Position numbers and translations under genes: made by a program. This document shows, piece by piece, positions 56,427-64,000 of a DNA stretch of 64,000 nt. The notes beneath the pieces are model-generated. The model saw only the letters and a program-made list of their open reading frames with translations. It made no database searches and was not told where the DNA came from. This DNA is from Escherichia phage D6: the sequence record NC_050154.1; one strand, given 5' to 3'. The stretch's first letter is position 1. Each line of letters starts with the position of its first letter.

Positions 56427-57509
56427 ATGACCGTTTTAACCGACAAAGAACTGATTAAAGAAATCAAAGAGCGCATAGGCAGTCTGGACGTTCGAGACAA
56501 TATTGAGCGCCGTGCTTATGAAATTGCGCTGGCATCGCTGGAAGCAGAGCCTGTTGGTGAGTTTTATGAATACAAACCGGGTGACTGGTATCAGCGTTCG
56601 GTCGGGGATAAAGCACCAAAGTGGGTGCCGTTATATGCTACTCCGCCAGTTCGGGAATTGCAGGCTGATGTCGCGCAAGCAATTGAAAATCTCAAGCAGA
56701 AGTTAGTGGAATGCAATCGCTATAACTACTGCGCAGATGCCGTTAAAGGTGTTGAGGATGCCAGCCGCGTCTTGGCACTCCAAAATCAAAATATGTCAGC
56801 GCCGATAACGCCGGAGGCCATTGAAAACGCAATTGAATACATCCGCAGTATCGCTTTTCACATCGATGAAGACGATTACCACGGCAAACATATTGCGTAT
56901 TTCATGCGACAAGCATTGGCCTGGCTGGAAGGGCATTCATGCAGCAACGACAGACTGGGTAAAGCCGATAATCAACCAGTACGCGGCAACCAGGCTGCCG
57001 AATCCAATCGCGGTAATGAGTGGACCGGCAATCCTGATATTGATAACGCCATCATCATGCTCGATCGCATAGATACGCTGGAAAATTGCGATGATGACCG
57101 TATTGAGGCTGTTAAGGCCGTTTTGCGTAGACTGGCTGGCAACTATCCGGATATTCCGGATAGTTCGGTGCCAGCGCCAGGAAAGGGCGTCACCGGTGAA
57201 CGTATCCGAATTAAGCCGCATGTTTATCGCGAACTGGTTAACCGTCTCCACGATACAGCGATCAAGAGTGCGGGCACCCAGCAATTACGAGAAAGAATTA
57301 GCCGTGTTTTGGGCGACGTTATTACACCAGATCATCATAAACAAGCCGAGAAAAGTGGCTTGGAAAGGTGTCACCTTGAGGCGGCATTAAACATTAAGCC
57401 GGGGCATACGCTTGGCATTATTGATGCACTATTGGTTCATAAGATGGCCAGGGCTTTATTGCCGCTGGTGGCTGAAAAGCATGAGGCGGACCATGCCAAC
57501 GAAAGCTGA
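56427..57509 (+). CDS. hypothetical protein, mosaic with the 49682 ORF
   Basis: 360 aa; shares the HVYRELVNRLHD...GTQQLRERI module. Confidence 0.55.
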   Translation: MTVLTDKELIKEIKERIGSLDVRDNIERRAYEIALASLEAEPVGEFYEYKPGDWYQRSVGDKAPKWVPLYATPPVRELQADVAQAIENLKQKLVECNRYNYCADAVKGVEDASRVLALQNQNMSAPITPEAIENAIEYIRSIAFHIDEDDYHGKHIAYFMRQALAWLEGHSCSNDRLGKADNQPVRGNQAAESNRGNEWTGNPDIDNAIIMLDRIDTLENCDDDRIEAVKAVLRRLAGNYPDIPDSSVPAPGKGVTGERIRIKPHVYRELVNRLHDTAIKSAGTQQLRERISRVLGDVITPDHHKQAEKSGLERCHLEAALNIKPGHTLGIIDALLVHKMARALLPLVAEKHEADHANES

Positions 57510-57645
57510 ATTACAGGTGCGCGTAGATGAGCTTGAAAAAGAGAACGCGAGCCTCAAAAAAATGCTGTCGCGGGATTATCAGGCAAATTATTGCCAGAAG
57601 AACTGCCACCAGCAGATATACCTGATCGAGTGTCCTGGTGGATGA
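57493..57645 (+). CDS. hypothetical small protein
   Basis: Start chosen at MPTKAELQVRVDELEKENASLKK. Confidence 0.4.
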   Translation: MPTKAELQVRVDELEKENASLKKMLSRDYQANYCQKNCHQQIYLIECPGG

Positions 57646-57751
57646 AGTATTTCCGTGCACCGTGGGAGGCGTTTTGGTGCTACGACCATCGCAGATGGTG
57701 TGATGAACTTGATAGCAGTTTTCCCTACTTTGCGGAAGGGAACACCTGCCC

Positions 57752-58102
57752 TCAATGCAGGGGATAGCATTTGACGAAATCGATCACCCTATCCTGAACT
57801 TCAGAAAGAAGGTCTTTTTCACGCGCCAGGACGTCAGGATATTGACGTTCTGGCCTTACTAGATGCCGGAGCTTCCCATTAAGCAGAATGGCCTCAGAAA
57901 ACACTTTTACGCTGTGCTTTATCCCCTCTGTTTCACTTTTCAGCGTCAAAATAAAGCGCAATTGCTTATTAGCCTGATTCAGATTCAATACACGAATTTG
58001 CAGTTCGTCTATGCTGTTTCGCAATGGGATTGATGCCACCACACTGGTGCAGTCTCTGATTGTCTGAATTGAACGGCTAACATTGAGAACGTTATTGTGC
58101 AT
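57752..58102 (-). CDS. hypothetical protein
   Basis: 116-aa ORF, divergent from the hot/humD promoter region. Confidence 0.45.
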   Translation of the reverse strand: MHNNVLNVSRSIQTIRDCTSVVASIPLRNSIDELQIRVLNLNQANKQLRFILTLKSETEGIKHSVKVFSEAILLNGKLRHLVRPERQYPDVLAREKDLLSEVQDRVIDFVKCYPLH

Positions 58103-58134
58103 GTGCCTGATCCACTAACTCCTGGAGGTTTCTT

Positions 58135-58281
58135 GTGTCAGATCGAAATATAGCAGCTAAAAGCCAGGAAGAGCGAGACAAGGTGAACGTAGACCTTGCC
58201 GCCAGCGGCGTTGCTTACAAACCCCGCTTTCACAAACTATGCCTTTTCAATGTATACTGTATGAATAAACAGTATCATTGA
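58135..58281 (+). pseudogene. hot: truncated hot (homolog of Pol III theta, HolE) remnant
   Basis: GTG after GGAGG; ERDKVNVDLAASGVAYKPRF aligns with HolE DKVNVDLAAAGVAFKERY, then homology stops and the frame ends inside the LexA box. Confidence 0.5.
58255..58274. promoter_or_regulatory. LexA box (SOS operator) upstream of humD
   Basis: TACTGTATGAATAAACAGTA, perfect CTGT-N8-ACAG. Confidence 0.8.
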
Positions 58282-58292
58282 GGTAAAACGCT

Positions 58293-58682
58293 ATGGGCTT
58301 CCCTTCTCCTGCGGCGGATTATGTTGAAAGCCGAATTTCTCTTGATCAGCAACTAATTAGACATCCATCAGCAACCTACTTCATGCGGGCAGCTGATAGC
58401 CATCACCGTGAGGGAATATTGCAGGGTGCTTTGCTGGTGGTTGATTCCTCACTTACTCCGGTTGATGGCTCACTGCTTATATGCGCTATGGAGGGGGAAT
58501 ATCGCGTAAAAAGATACCGGAAGTATCCGCGCCAGCACCTGGAGGATTTAAGCACCGGGAAGAAAGAGGCGTTACCAGTAGATGACGATGGTTACACGGG
58601 TAGTAATGCTGTTTTTGGTGTGATCACCCACATTATCAATGACGCCAGGGGCGGTGAATTTGATGATAGTCCTGCTATATGA
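58293..58682 (+). CDS. humD: UmuD'-like S24 peptidase-fold protein
   Basis: 129 aa; SATYFMRAADSHHREGI...GALLVVDSS; lacks the UmuD N-terminal arm. Confidence 0.85.
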   Translation: MGFPSPAADYVESRISLDQQLIRHPSATYFMRAADSHHREGILQGALLVVDSSLTPVDGSLLICAMEGEYRVKRYRKYPRQHLEDLSTGKKEALPVDDDGYTGSNAVFGVITHIINDARGGEFDDSPAI

Positions 58683-58816
58683 TTTGTTTTCAGAGAAACC
58701 ATAGAGAGGCATGACTGGATCTATATCGCCCTGGCCATTTAAATGATTCCTCCCATTAGACGCGGTTACTCACTTGAAGATAAGATGAGGTTATAATTCT
58801 CTTTTTAGGTACGCGA

Positions 58817-59239
58817 ATGAGTTCGTCTGCTTTTGTCACTGTTGTCACTGGAGTAAGCGTTTTTGTCCTAGGTCGACTCATCATCAAGGGGGTTGAGTCT
58901 TACATTTCATTCAAGGAACAGTTGGGGGAAATATCGCATCTGTTATTGTCTAACCAAGCAAAGCTATCGAATCCCCGCTCTGACTTAAAACAAGAAATCA
59001 TCCATGATTTGAAAGATGCGGCAGCACAGTTACGGGTGAAGTACGAACTATTACCTTTCTATATCAAAATGTTACACATCGGTTTTCGCCTTGTTCCATC
59101 AGAAACTGAAATTCGTAAAGCGGCGCAAGAATTGAATCTGATAGCCTCGATACATGACGGTAAAACCGGAGAGCTGCCATATGAGCACATAGCCAAGATT
59201 GGATTACTGCTCAGAATTCCAACCACTTATTCTGCTTAA
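58817..59239 (+). CDS. AT-rich hypothetical membrane-anchored protein between humD and phd
   Basis: 140 aa, N-terminal TM FVTVVTGVSVFVLGRLII; lower GC than flanks. Confidence 0.55.
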   Translation: MSSSAFVTVVTGVSVFVLGRLIIKGVESYISFKEQLGEISHLLLSNQAKLSNPRSDLKQEIIHDLKDAAAQLRVKYELLPFYIKMLHIGFRLVPSETEIRKAAQELNLIASIHDGKTGELPYEHIAKIGLLLRIPTTYSA

Positions 59240-59347
59240 TCCCAGCAATTGCAAGACTGCATCTCGAGGATTTAAGGCACCAAGAAGTGGTATTCAGCAT
59301 CATTAAAACCTATAATTGCGTACACATAACGAGCACACGAGGTGTTT

Positions 59348-59569
59348 ATGCAATCCATTAACTTCCGTACCGCGCGCGGCAACCTTTCTGAAGTGCTCAA
59401 CAATGTTGAAGCCGGGGAAGAGGTTGAAATCACCCGCAGAGGCCGTGAGCCAGCAGTAATTGTTAGCAAGGCTACTTTTGAAGCCTACAAAAAAGCGGCG
59501 CTGGATGCCGAATTTGCATCCCTGTTTGACACCCTGGACTCCACCAACAAGGAACTGGTTAACCGATAA
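59348..59569 (+). CDS. phd: Phd antitoxin
   Basis: [73 protein letters not shown], matches P1 Phd as recalled. Confidence 0.97.
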
Positions 59570-59949
59570 TGAGGCATATATCACCGGAAGAACTTATTGC
59601 GCTTCATGATGCGAATATAAGCCGCTACGGTGGCCTGCCGGGAATGTCAGATCCGGGTAGGGCAGAGGCCATTATCGGGAGAGTTCAGGCCAGAGTTGCC
59701 TACGAAGAGATCAGCGACCTTTTCGAAGTCTCCGCCACCTACCTGGTGGCTACAGCGAGAGGGCATATATTCAATGATGCCAATAAGCGTACCGCGCTAA
59801 ACAGTGCGCTGCTATTTCTACGCCGTAACGGGGTTCAGGTATTTGATTCACCTGAACTGGCAGACCTTACTGTAGGCGCTGCGACTGGCGAGATATCTGT
59901 ATCTTCTGTCGCCGACACGTTACGTAGATTGTATGGTTCTGCGGAGTAG
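59569..59949 (+). CDS. doc: Doc toxin (Fic-fold kinase)
   Basis: [11 protein letters not shown] Fic-type motif; full-length match to P1 Doc as recalled. Confidence 0.97.
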
Positions 59950-59953
59950 ATTA

Positions 59954-60151
59954 ATGGCACGTAAATACAACAAGTTGTCCCGTGAAGCGTTAAAGATGCT
60001 TCTTGATGGCGTGAGTCGCCGCGAGGTAAAGCAATACCTGGTTGGTAAGCAAATTGGTGCCAGGACCGCTATTGCTGTGTTATGCCGTCAGGAAATGGTT
60101 GTGCTTAAACAGAGAATGCTTGGTAGCAGACAAAGTGCTTCCAGTATTTGA
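59954..60151 (+). CDS. hypothetical small protein downstream of doc
   Basis: Start chosen at MARKYNKL. Confidence 0.4.
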   Translation: MARKYNKLSREALKMLLDGVSRREVKQYLVGKQIGARTAIAVLCRQEMVVLKQRMLGSRQSASSI

Positions 60152-60156
60152 AAAGA

Positions 60157-60179
60157 AGCCCGCCATACCAAGCGGGCTT
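60157..60179. terminator. bidirectional terminator
   Basis: AAGCCCGCCATACCAAGCGGGCTT flanked by A- and T-runs. Confidence 0.7.
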
Positions 60180-60183
60180 TTTG

Positions 60184-60960
60184 TTATTCCACCTCTTCTG
60201 CCGCTGTATCATTGGACTGTTCTTCTTTGGCCCGTTCTGCAATCGCCGCACGGCATTTCGCCCTGGCTGTAGCGATTGCTTCTGCTCGCACATCGTCTGG
60301 AATCGTTGACGTGATATACATATCCAGTTCTTCGGCACGGAATACTGTTTGGTCCAGATATTCGCGTAGCATCCAGGTAAATTCGAAATCACACGCGATA
60401 ATCTCTGCGCTACCTTCTGCACCATTTGGGAAATGAATAAATGCCTGTTTAGCCAAACCGATAACACGACATGCGGTTGCCAAAACAGCGACAACCAGGT
60501 TTACATTTTCACACGCTACGGGCTGATTAACGCCGGAGATTACTCCATTTAACTGTCGGTTATATGGAAGGTAGTTTGAGATGCGTTCTACGCGCCATGT
60601 GCCAGTCAGGCTGCCATTCTTAAAGATAATTGGTGTAACGGATAGCCCAAGCTCGCGTATAAGTCGTTGCGCTATAGCAGGATCATTAAACATGTCTAAT
60701 GCTACACATTCGAAAGACTGTGCAAGGGTAAACAGTTCTTCCAGAGAGTAGTCTTTGCCCCTGGCGGTGATGTAACGATGAACGCCGCTTTCTGCATCGC
60801 TCCATATAGCTACGCCATGCTCTTCATTCAGTTCTTCATTAAAGCCGAGATATGTCATGATAGTGCGTTCAATCGTGTCAAACGGCAGTGACATGTCGGC
60901 GTTAACAGCCACCAGCAGGCCATTACGCAAGCGGTATTGAATTGCTTTAGTATTTTCCAC
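60184..60960 (-). CDS. hypothetical protein
   Basis: 258-aa ORF. Confidence 0.55.
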   Translation of the reverse strand: MENTKAIQYRLRNGLLVAVNADMSLPFDTIERTIMTYLGFNEELNEEHGVAIWSDAESGVHRYITARGKDYSLEELFTLAQSFECVALDMFNDPAIAQRLIRELGLSVTPIIFKNGSLTGTWRVERISNYLPYNRQLNGVISGVNQPVACENVNLVVAVLATACRVIGLAKQAFIHFPNGAEGSAEIIACDFEFTWMLREYLDQTVFRAEELDMYITSTIPDDVRAEAIATARAKCRAAIAERAKEEQSNDTAAEEVE

Positions 60961-60966
60961 GTTAAA

Positions 60967-61407
60967 TCACTCCACCACAAACCAGTCACATGCCAGTAAG
61001 TCGCCTACAGAAGGAACCCACGGAACAACTACACCTTGTGCATTTTTTAAGGCGAAATAAGCACCATACGGAACGAGGTCGCCGGGGAAATATCCCTTAA
61101 TGGCTTCCATTCGTGCCGGGTACTGTCCTTCAGGAACCAGCCAGCAGAATTGGTTTTCGCCGTTCCACCCGCGTCGAGCAACTTTCTTGCCATCCTTCAG
61201 CCACATCAGCGCGTCAGAAAAGTCGGCTGCTTCAAGGTCGATTTCTTCTTGCTGGGTGGTGATGCCACCAGCAGAAATAGTTACGCTCCCGGTAAGATTA
61301 ATCATCACGCCGTTGTCATCCGTAATGATGACCGTGGTTCCATTTTTTTTGTGAGCTTTGTATTTTGGAAGGAACTTAAAAAGCTCTTTCGTTGCCATGT
61401 TATTCAT
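60967..61407 (-). CDS. DUF2829-like protein (Tad2-type fold candidate) with N-terminal extension
   Basis: FSDALMWLKDGKKVARRGWNGENQFCWL in the C-terminal ~85 aa. Confidence 0.55.
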   Translation of the reverse strand: MNNMATKELFKFLPKYKAHKKNGTTVIITDDNGVMINLTGSVTISAGGITTQQEEIDLEAADFSDALMWLKDGKKVARRGWNGENQFCWLVPEGQYPARMEAIKGYFPGDLVPYGAYFALKNAQGVVVPWVPSVGDLLACDWFVVE

Positions 61408-61421
61408 AGTCTTTTCTCTGC

Positions 61422-61916
61422 TTATAACTTTTCGTACTGAAGCGGTGAACGCTTAATTTCAAAGTGGCCTTCCGATGTGCTACCAAAGCCACCATCACCA
61501 CGTTCCGTTTCGTTGAGTTCCTCAACCTCGACTAGTGAGACTTGTTCAACACGCTCAAAAATTCCTTGCATGACAGCCATTCCAGGCTTGAGACAAACGC
61601 CTTCCCCGCCGGGATCAGTAATCAGTTTTGCCATGATTTCGCCGCGATAATCGGAGTCGATAATTCCTACGCAGTTAGCCAGGCGAGTATGTTTTTTGCA
61701 GCCCAATCCGGATCGCGGATAGAGTTTCAGACACCAGCCGGGCGGGATCTCCATAGCCAATCCGGTGTACACCCACCAGCTTGAGGAAATTGCACCATTG
61801 CTATCGACACATGGTTTTATTTCAACAGCCTCAAAATCCATCGCCGCCGATCCGGAGGTGGCATAAGCTGGAAGTTTTGCTGCCGGATGTAGGCGTTTCA
61901 CTTTTACGTAAATCAT
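61422..61916 (-). CDS. dut: dUTP diphosphatase
   Basis: GIIDSDYRGE and RGDGGFGSTS dUTPase motifs. Confidence 0.92.
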   Translation of the reverse strand: MIYVKVKRLHPAAKLPAYATSGSAAMDFEAVEIKPCVDSNGAISSSWWVYTGLAMEIPPGWCLKLYPRSGLGCKKHTRLANCVGIIDSDYRGEIMAKLITDPGGEGVCLKPGMAVMQGIFERVEQVSLVEVEELNETERGDGGFGSTSEGHFEIKRSPLQYEKL

Positions 61917-62389
61917 TGTTTTTTAGCTCTCTGCGTGAAGGTGTAAACCCGACGTTTGATATGTGGAACGGTTGGAACAGGAAGACAGGAACTTTCAATA
62001 ACTCCTTGCTCCTCCAGCGATCGCACCGCCCGCAAGAACTGCGACGTGTCGCCGCCAAACTGGCGGGCATAGGTGCTGCCGTTATGAAGTATTTGAGCTA
62101 TTACCCGAGCTTTTGTCTGGCTGTCACGATATGCGAATAGCCGCACGGCCTCTTCTGGCGCAATCGATAACTGATAGCCTTTACCGGCACGGTGTCGAAT
62201 GAATCCATGCGCCAGTAGGTTTTTGAGTTCGTTACGAGTGCGAACAGATCCGTAATCCAGGAAGTGTGGATTGATAACGACTGGCTTAAACCATTCCGTA
62301 GGTGCTTTAGCTAATAGAGCTAACAGCTTCCCGGACAATCCTGGATAGGAAGACGGGTAACAATTCAGAGATGGGTAATAAGTTTTCAC
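61913..62389 (-). CDS. hypothetical protein
   Basis: 158-aa ORF coupled to dut. Confidence 0.5.
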   Translation of the reverse strand: MKTYYPSLNCYPSSYPGLSGKLLALLAKAPTEWFKPVVINPHFLDYGSVRTRNELKNLLAHGFIRHRAGKGYQLSIAPEEAVRLFAYRDSQTKARVIAQILHNGSTYARQFGGDTSQFLRAVRSLEEQGVIESSCLPVPTVPHIKRRVYTFTQRAKKQ

Positions 62390-62742
62390 CGACGCCCCCT
62401 TGCCGGATATCGACCTGCATTAGTATCCGGTGCAATAAAGCCGGTAGTGGGGCGAGTGAAAGCGAGATTAATCTTCTCGACCATAGTGCGATAATTTTCC
62501 TGATAGTGGGCCAGGAGTTTTTCGGCGGCAATGATGGTTACTTTCCGGACGTAGCTTTCTGCTTCCTCCAGATTTCGCCAGTTTTTTTCGAGGGTAAACA
62601 CAGGGACGGCCTCAAGCCCGGTCATGATGCCGAATACAACGACAGCATGACTGTTCTTAACACCAGCGGCGAAGGTTACGGTGTAACCATCCACCGTGAA
62701 GCGTCTTGATTCCGTGATTTGACTCTGCAAAGCACCCTCCAA
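62386..62742 (-). CDS. hypothetical protein
   Basis: 118-aa ORF, first gene after the operator-like motif. Confidence 0.5.
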   Translation of the reverse strand: MEGALQSQITESRRFTVDGYTVTFAAGVKNSHAVVVFGIMTGLEAVPVFTLEKNWRNLEEAESYVRKVTIIAAEKLLAHYQENYRTMVEKINLAFTRPTTGFIAPDTNAGRYPARGRR

Positions 62743-62786
62743 AATAGGCGAGGGTACTTTACAGCAAAGATATCAATCTAAAAAGA

Positions 62787-62807
62787 TGTGTTAGAAATTT
62801 AATTTAT
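62787..62807. promoter_or_regulatory. candidate C1-type operator, overlapping the recombinase stop
   Basis: TGTGTTAGAAATTTAATTTAT. Confidence 0.5.
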
Positions 62808-63832
62808 GAATCCATCAAGCGGCTATTAGCCCCCACAGACACACCGCCACGGCGCAGATACCGCATAAGTGTTTCCGGTTTCTTCCAGGTTCCTTCCTGC
62901 ATAATCTCCACCATAGACACCTGCTTTTCAGCCATATCGATAGCGGCCCCGACACGAGCACTATGCCCGGTCCACGTCCGGTATCTCCCTTTGTTTGGCG
63001 TGGCATCCCTTTTATTCAGCAACACCCAGGCGTCGCTGAATATTTTCTCCATTGCAGGTGCAGTAAGGGGCGTTGTCGTAATCCTGGCCTTATTGCTACG
63101 GTGTATCGGCGGGAACAGCACCGCGTCAGGATGTTCACGAAGCCCGGAAACATCCAGCCAGTCATTCAGCACAGCAGTAGTGCGACGGGAAAGCACCTTA
63201 TCAAGCCCGGCGGCGGTCGTTATTGTCTTCGTGTGTGAAATATGTAGCGTGACAGTGTCACCTGTTTGGTCCAGATCTCCTACACGAATACGCGAGATTT
63301 CCGACATACGCATCAGCGTATTGTATGCAACAAAGAGAAAAGCCCGGTTGCGCAGGTCCACCAGCCGTTCTGACCTGGACAACAGGACGTCGAGCAGTTT
63401 CAGGTCGTCCCATCGCAGCGGTATAGCCTGGCCTGTTCGTTCGCCTTTTTCCGTTGCCGCTTCGCGCCGGATACGCCGCATAGCCAGAGAAACACTTTTA
63501 TCATCCGAAAGTGGCGGAAGGCCACAATGAGAAAGCAGCATGTTAAGCATGGCGTAGTGCTTATCAATGGTGGTCGAAGCCAGATCGGCATCATGCAACT
63601 GAAGAAAATACTCGCGGGCCATTTCTGGTGAGATCGGAAACCAGGCAAGCTGGCGAGCGTGACACCAGCGCGCCCAGGAATGAAACACCAACCGGAGGTC
63701 GCGCAGAGTATTCGGCGCATAAGCACCCTGATCATTCATGAACCGCATAAAGTTTTCTGCGGCTTCCTGGTACTCTTTGCCAATGTTGCGCAGAAAACCA
63801 CCGGAACTGCCAGAGATAATTAATTCACTCAT
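62804..63832 (-). CDS. Cre-family tyrosine recombinase (Dre-like)
   Basis: 342 aa colinear with P1 Cre at reduced identity: HSWARWCHARQLAWFP, SVSLAMRRIRRE, GHSARVGAAIDMA; rox-like half-site follows. Confidence 0.9.
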   Translation of the reverse strand: MSELIISGSSGGFLRNIGKEYQEAAENFMRFMNDQGAYAPNTLRDLRLVFHSWARWCHARQLAWFPISPEMAREYFLQLHDADLASTTIDKHYAMLNMLLSHCGLPPLSDDKSVSLAMRRIRREAATEKGERTGQAIPLRWDDLKLLDVLLSRSERLVDLRNRAFLFVAYNTLMRMSEISRIRVGDLDQTGDTVTLHISHTKTITTAAGLDKVLSRRTTAVLNDWLDVSGLREHPDAVLFPPIHRSNKARITTTPLTAPAMEKIFSDAWVLLNKRDATPNKGRYRTWTGHSARVGAAIDMAEKQVSMVEIMQEGTWKKPETLMRYLRRGGVSVGANSRLMDS

Positions 63833-63984
63833 GAAACCATTTCACCTCTATATACAGATGACGCTACGCGAAAAATATAAAAATGACAGGGTAGCTATAA
63901 GTTAATTTTCAAAATACAAGCCTTTGATTGGAGGTACGTATTTTCAGTGATGTCAATACTGTTCATCTACACATGATTATAGCC

Positions 63985-64000
63985 TAACTTTAAATAATGC
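63985..64000. other. partial rox-type recombination site (first 16 bp, cut by window end)
   Basis: TAACTTTAAATAATGC equals the first 16 bp of rox (TAACTTTAAATAATGCCAATTATTTAAAGTTA) as I recall it. Confidence 0.6.

Noticed and set aside
1-64000. Insertion sequences or transposases
   Set aside because: No transposase-like ORF and no terminal inverted repeats bounding a cassette were seen; the only site-specific recombinases are cin and the Cre-like gene.

Overview
This 64 kb window reads as one contiguous piece of a P1-family phage-plasmid, not a chromosome. The closest relative I recognise is phage D6: a Cre-like recombinase gene (62804..63832) is followed by the first 16 bp of a rox-type site at the window edge. 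CDS coordinates come from the supplied ORF track, with starts moved in-frame where an RBS supports it; small motif coordinates were counted by eye and may be off by 1-2 bp. Main content, in order: dar/lyd-like late genes; Cin invertase and a ~4.3 kb invertible tail-fiber C-segment; the S-R-16-bplA-pmgA-sit-pmgB late operon; an iteron replicon; head, tail and spanin genes; tandem ParMR and small-ParA/RHH partition loci; a host-like glnS with its own promoter and terminator, inserted beside the dmt-like methyltransferase; hrdC; higBA; an immI-type c4-like RNA/icd/ant module; a lambdoid-like accessory block; a humD, phd-doc and dUTPase region. Two recurring motifs stand out: a TTGTGTTAGAAAA-type candidate C1 operator at early promoters and a GGAAATCACAAACTG-type box upstream of late operons. 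The most unusual items are the captured glnS, an orphan HigA-like gene paired with an AT-rich membrane protein, a ClpX zinc-finger-like small protein, and a DUF2829 (Tad2-like) gene. No rRNA, tRNA, CRISPR array or IS element was found. Identities are from motif recognition and recalled sequences, not database searches.
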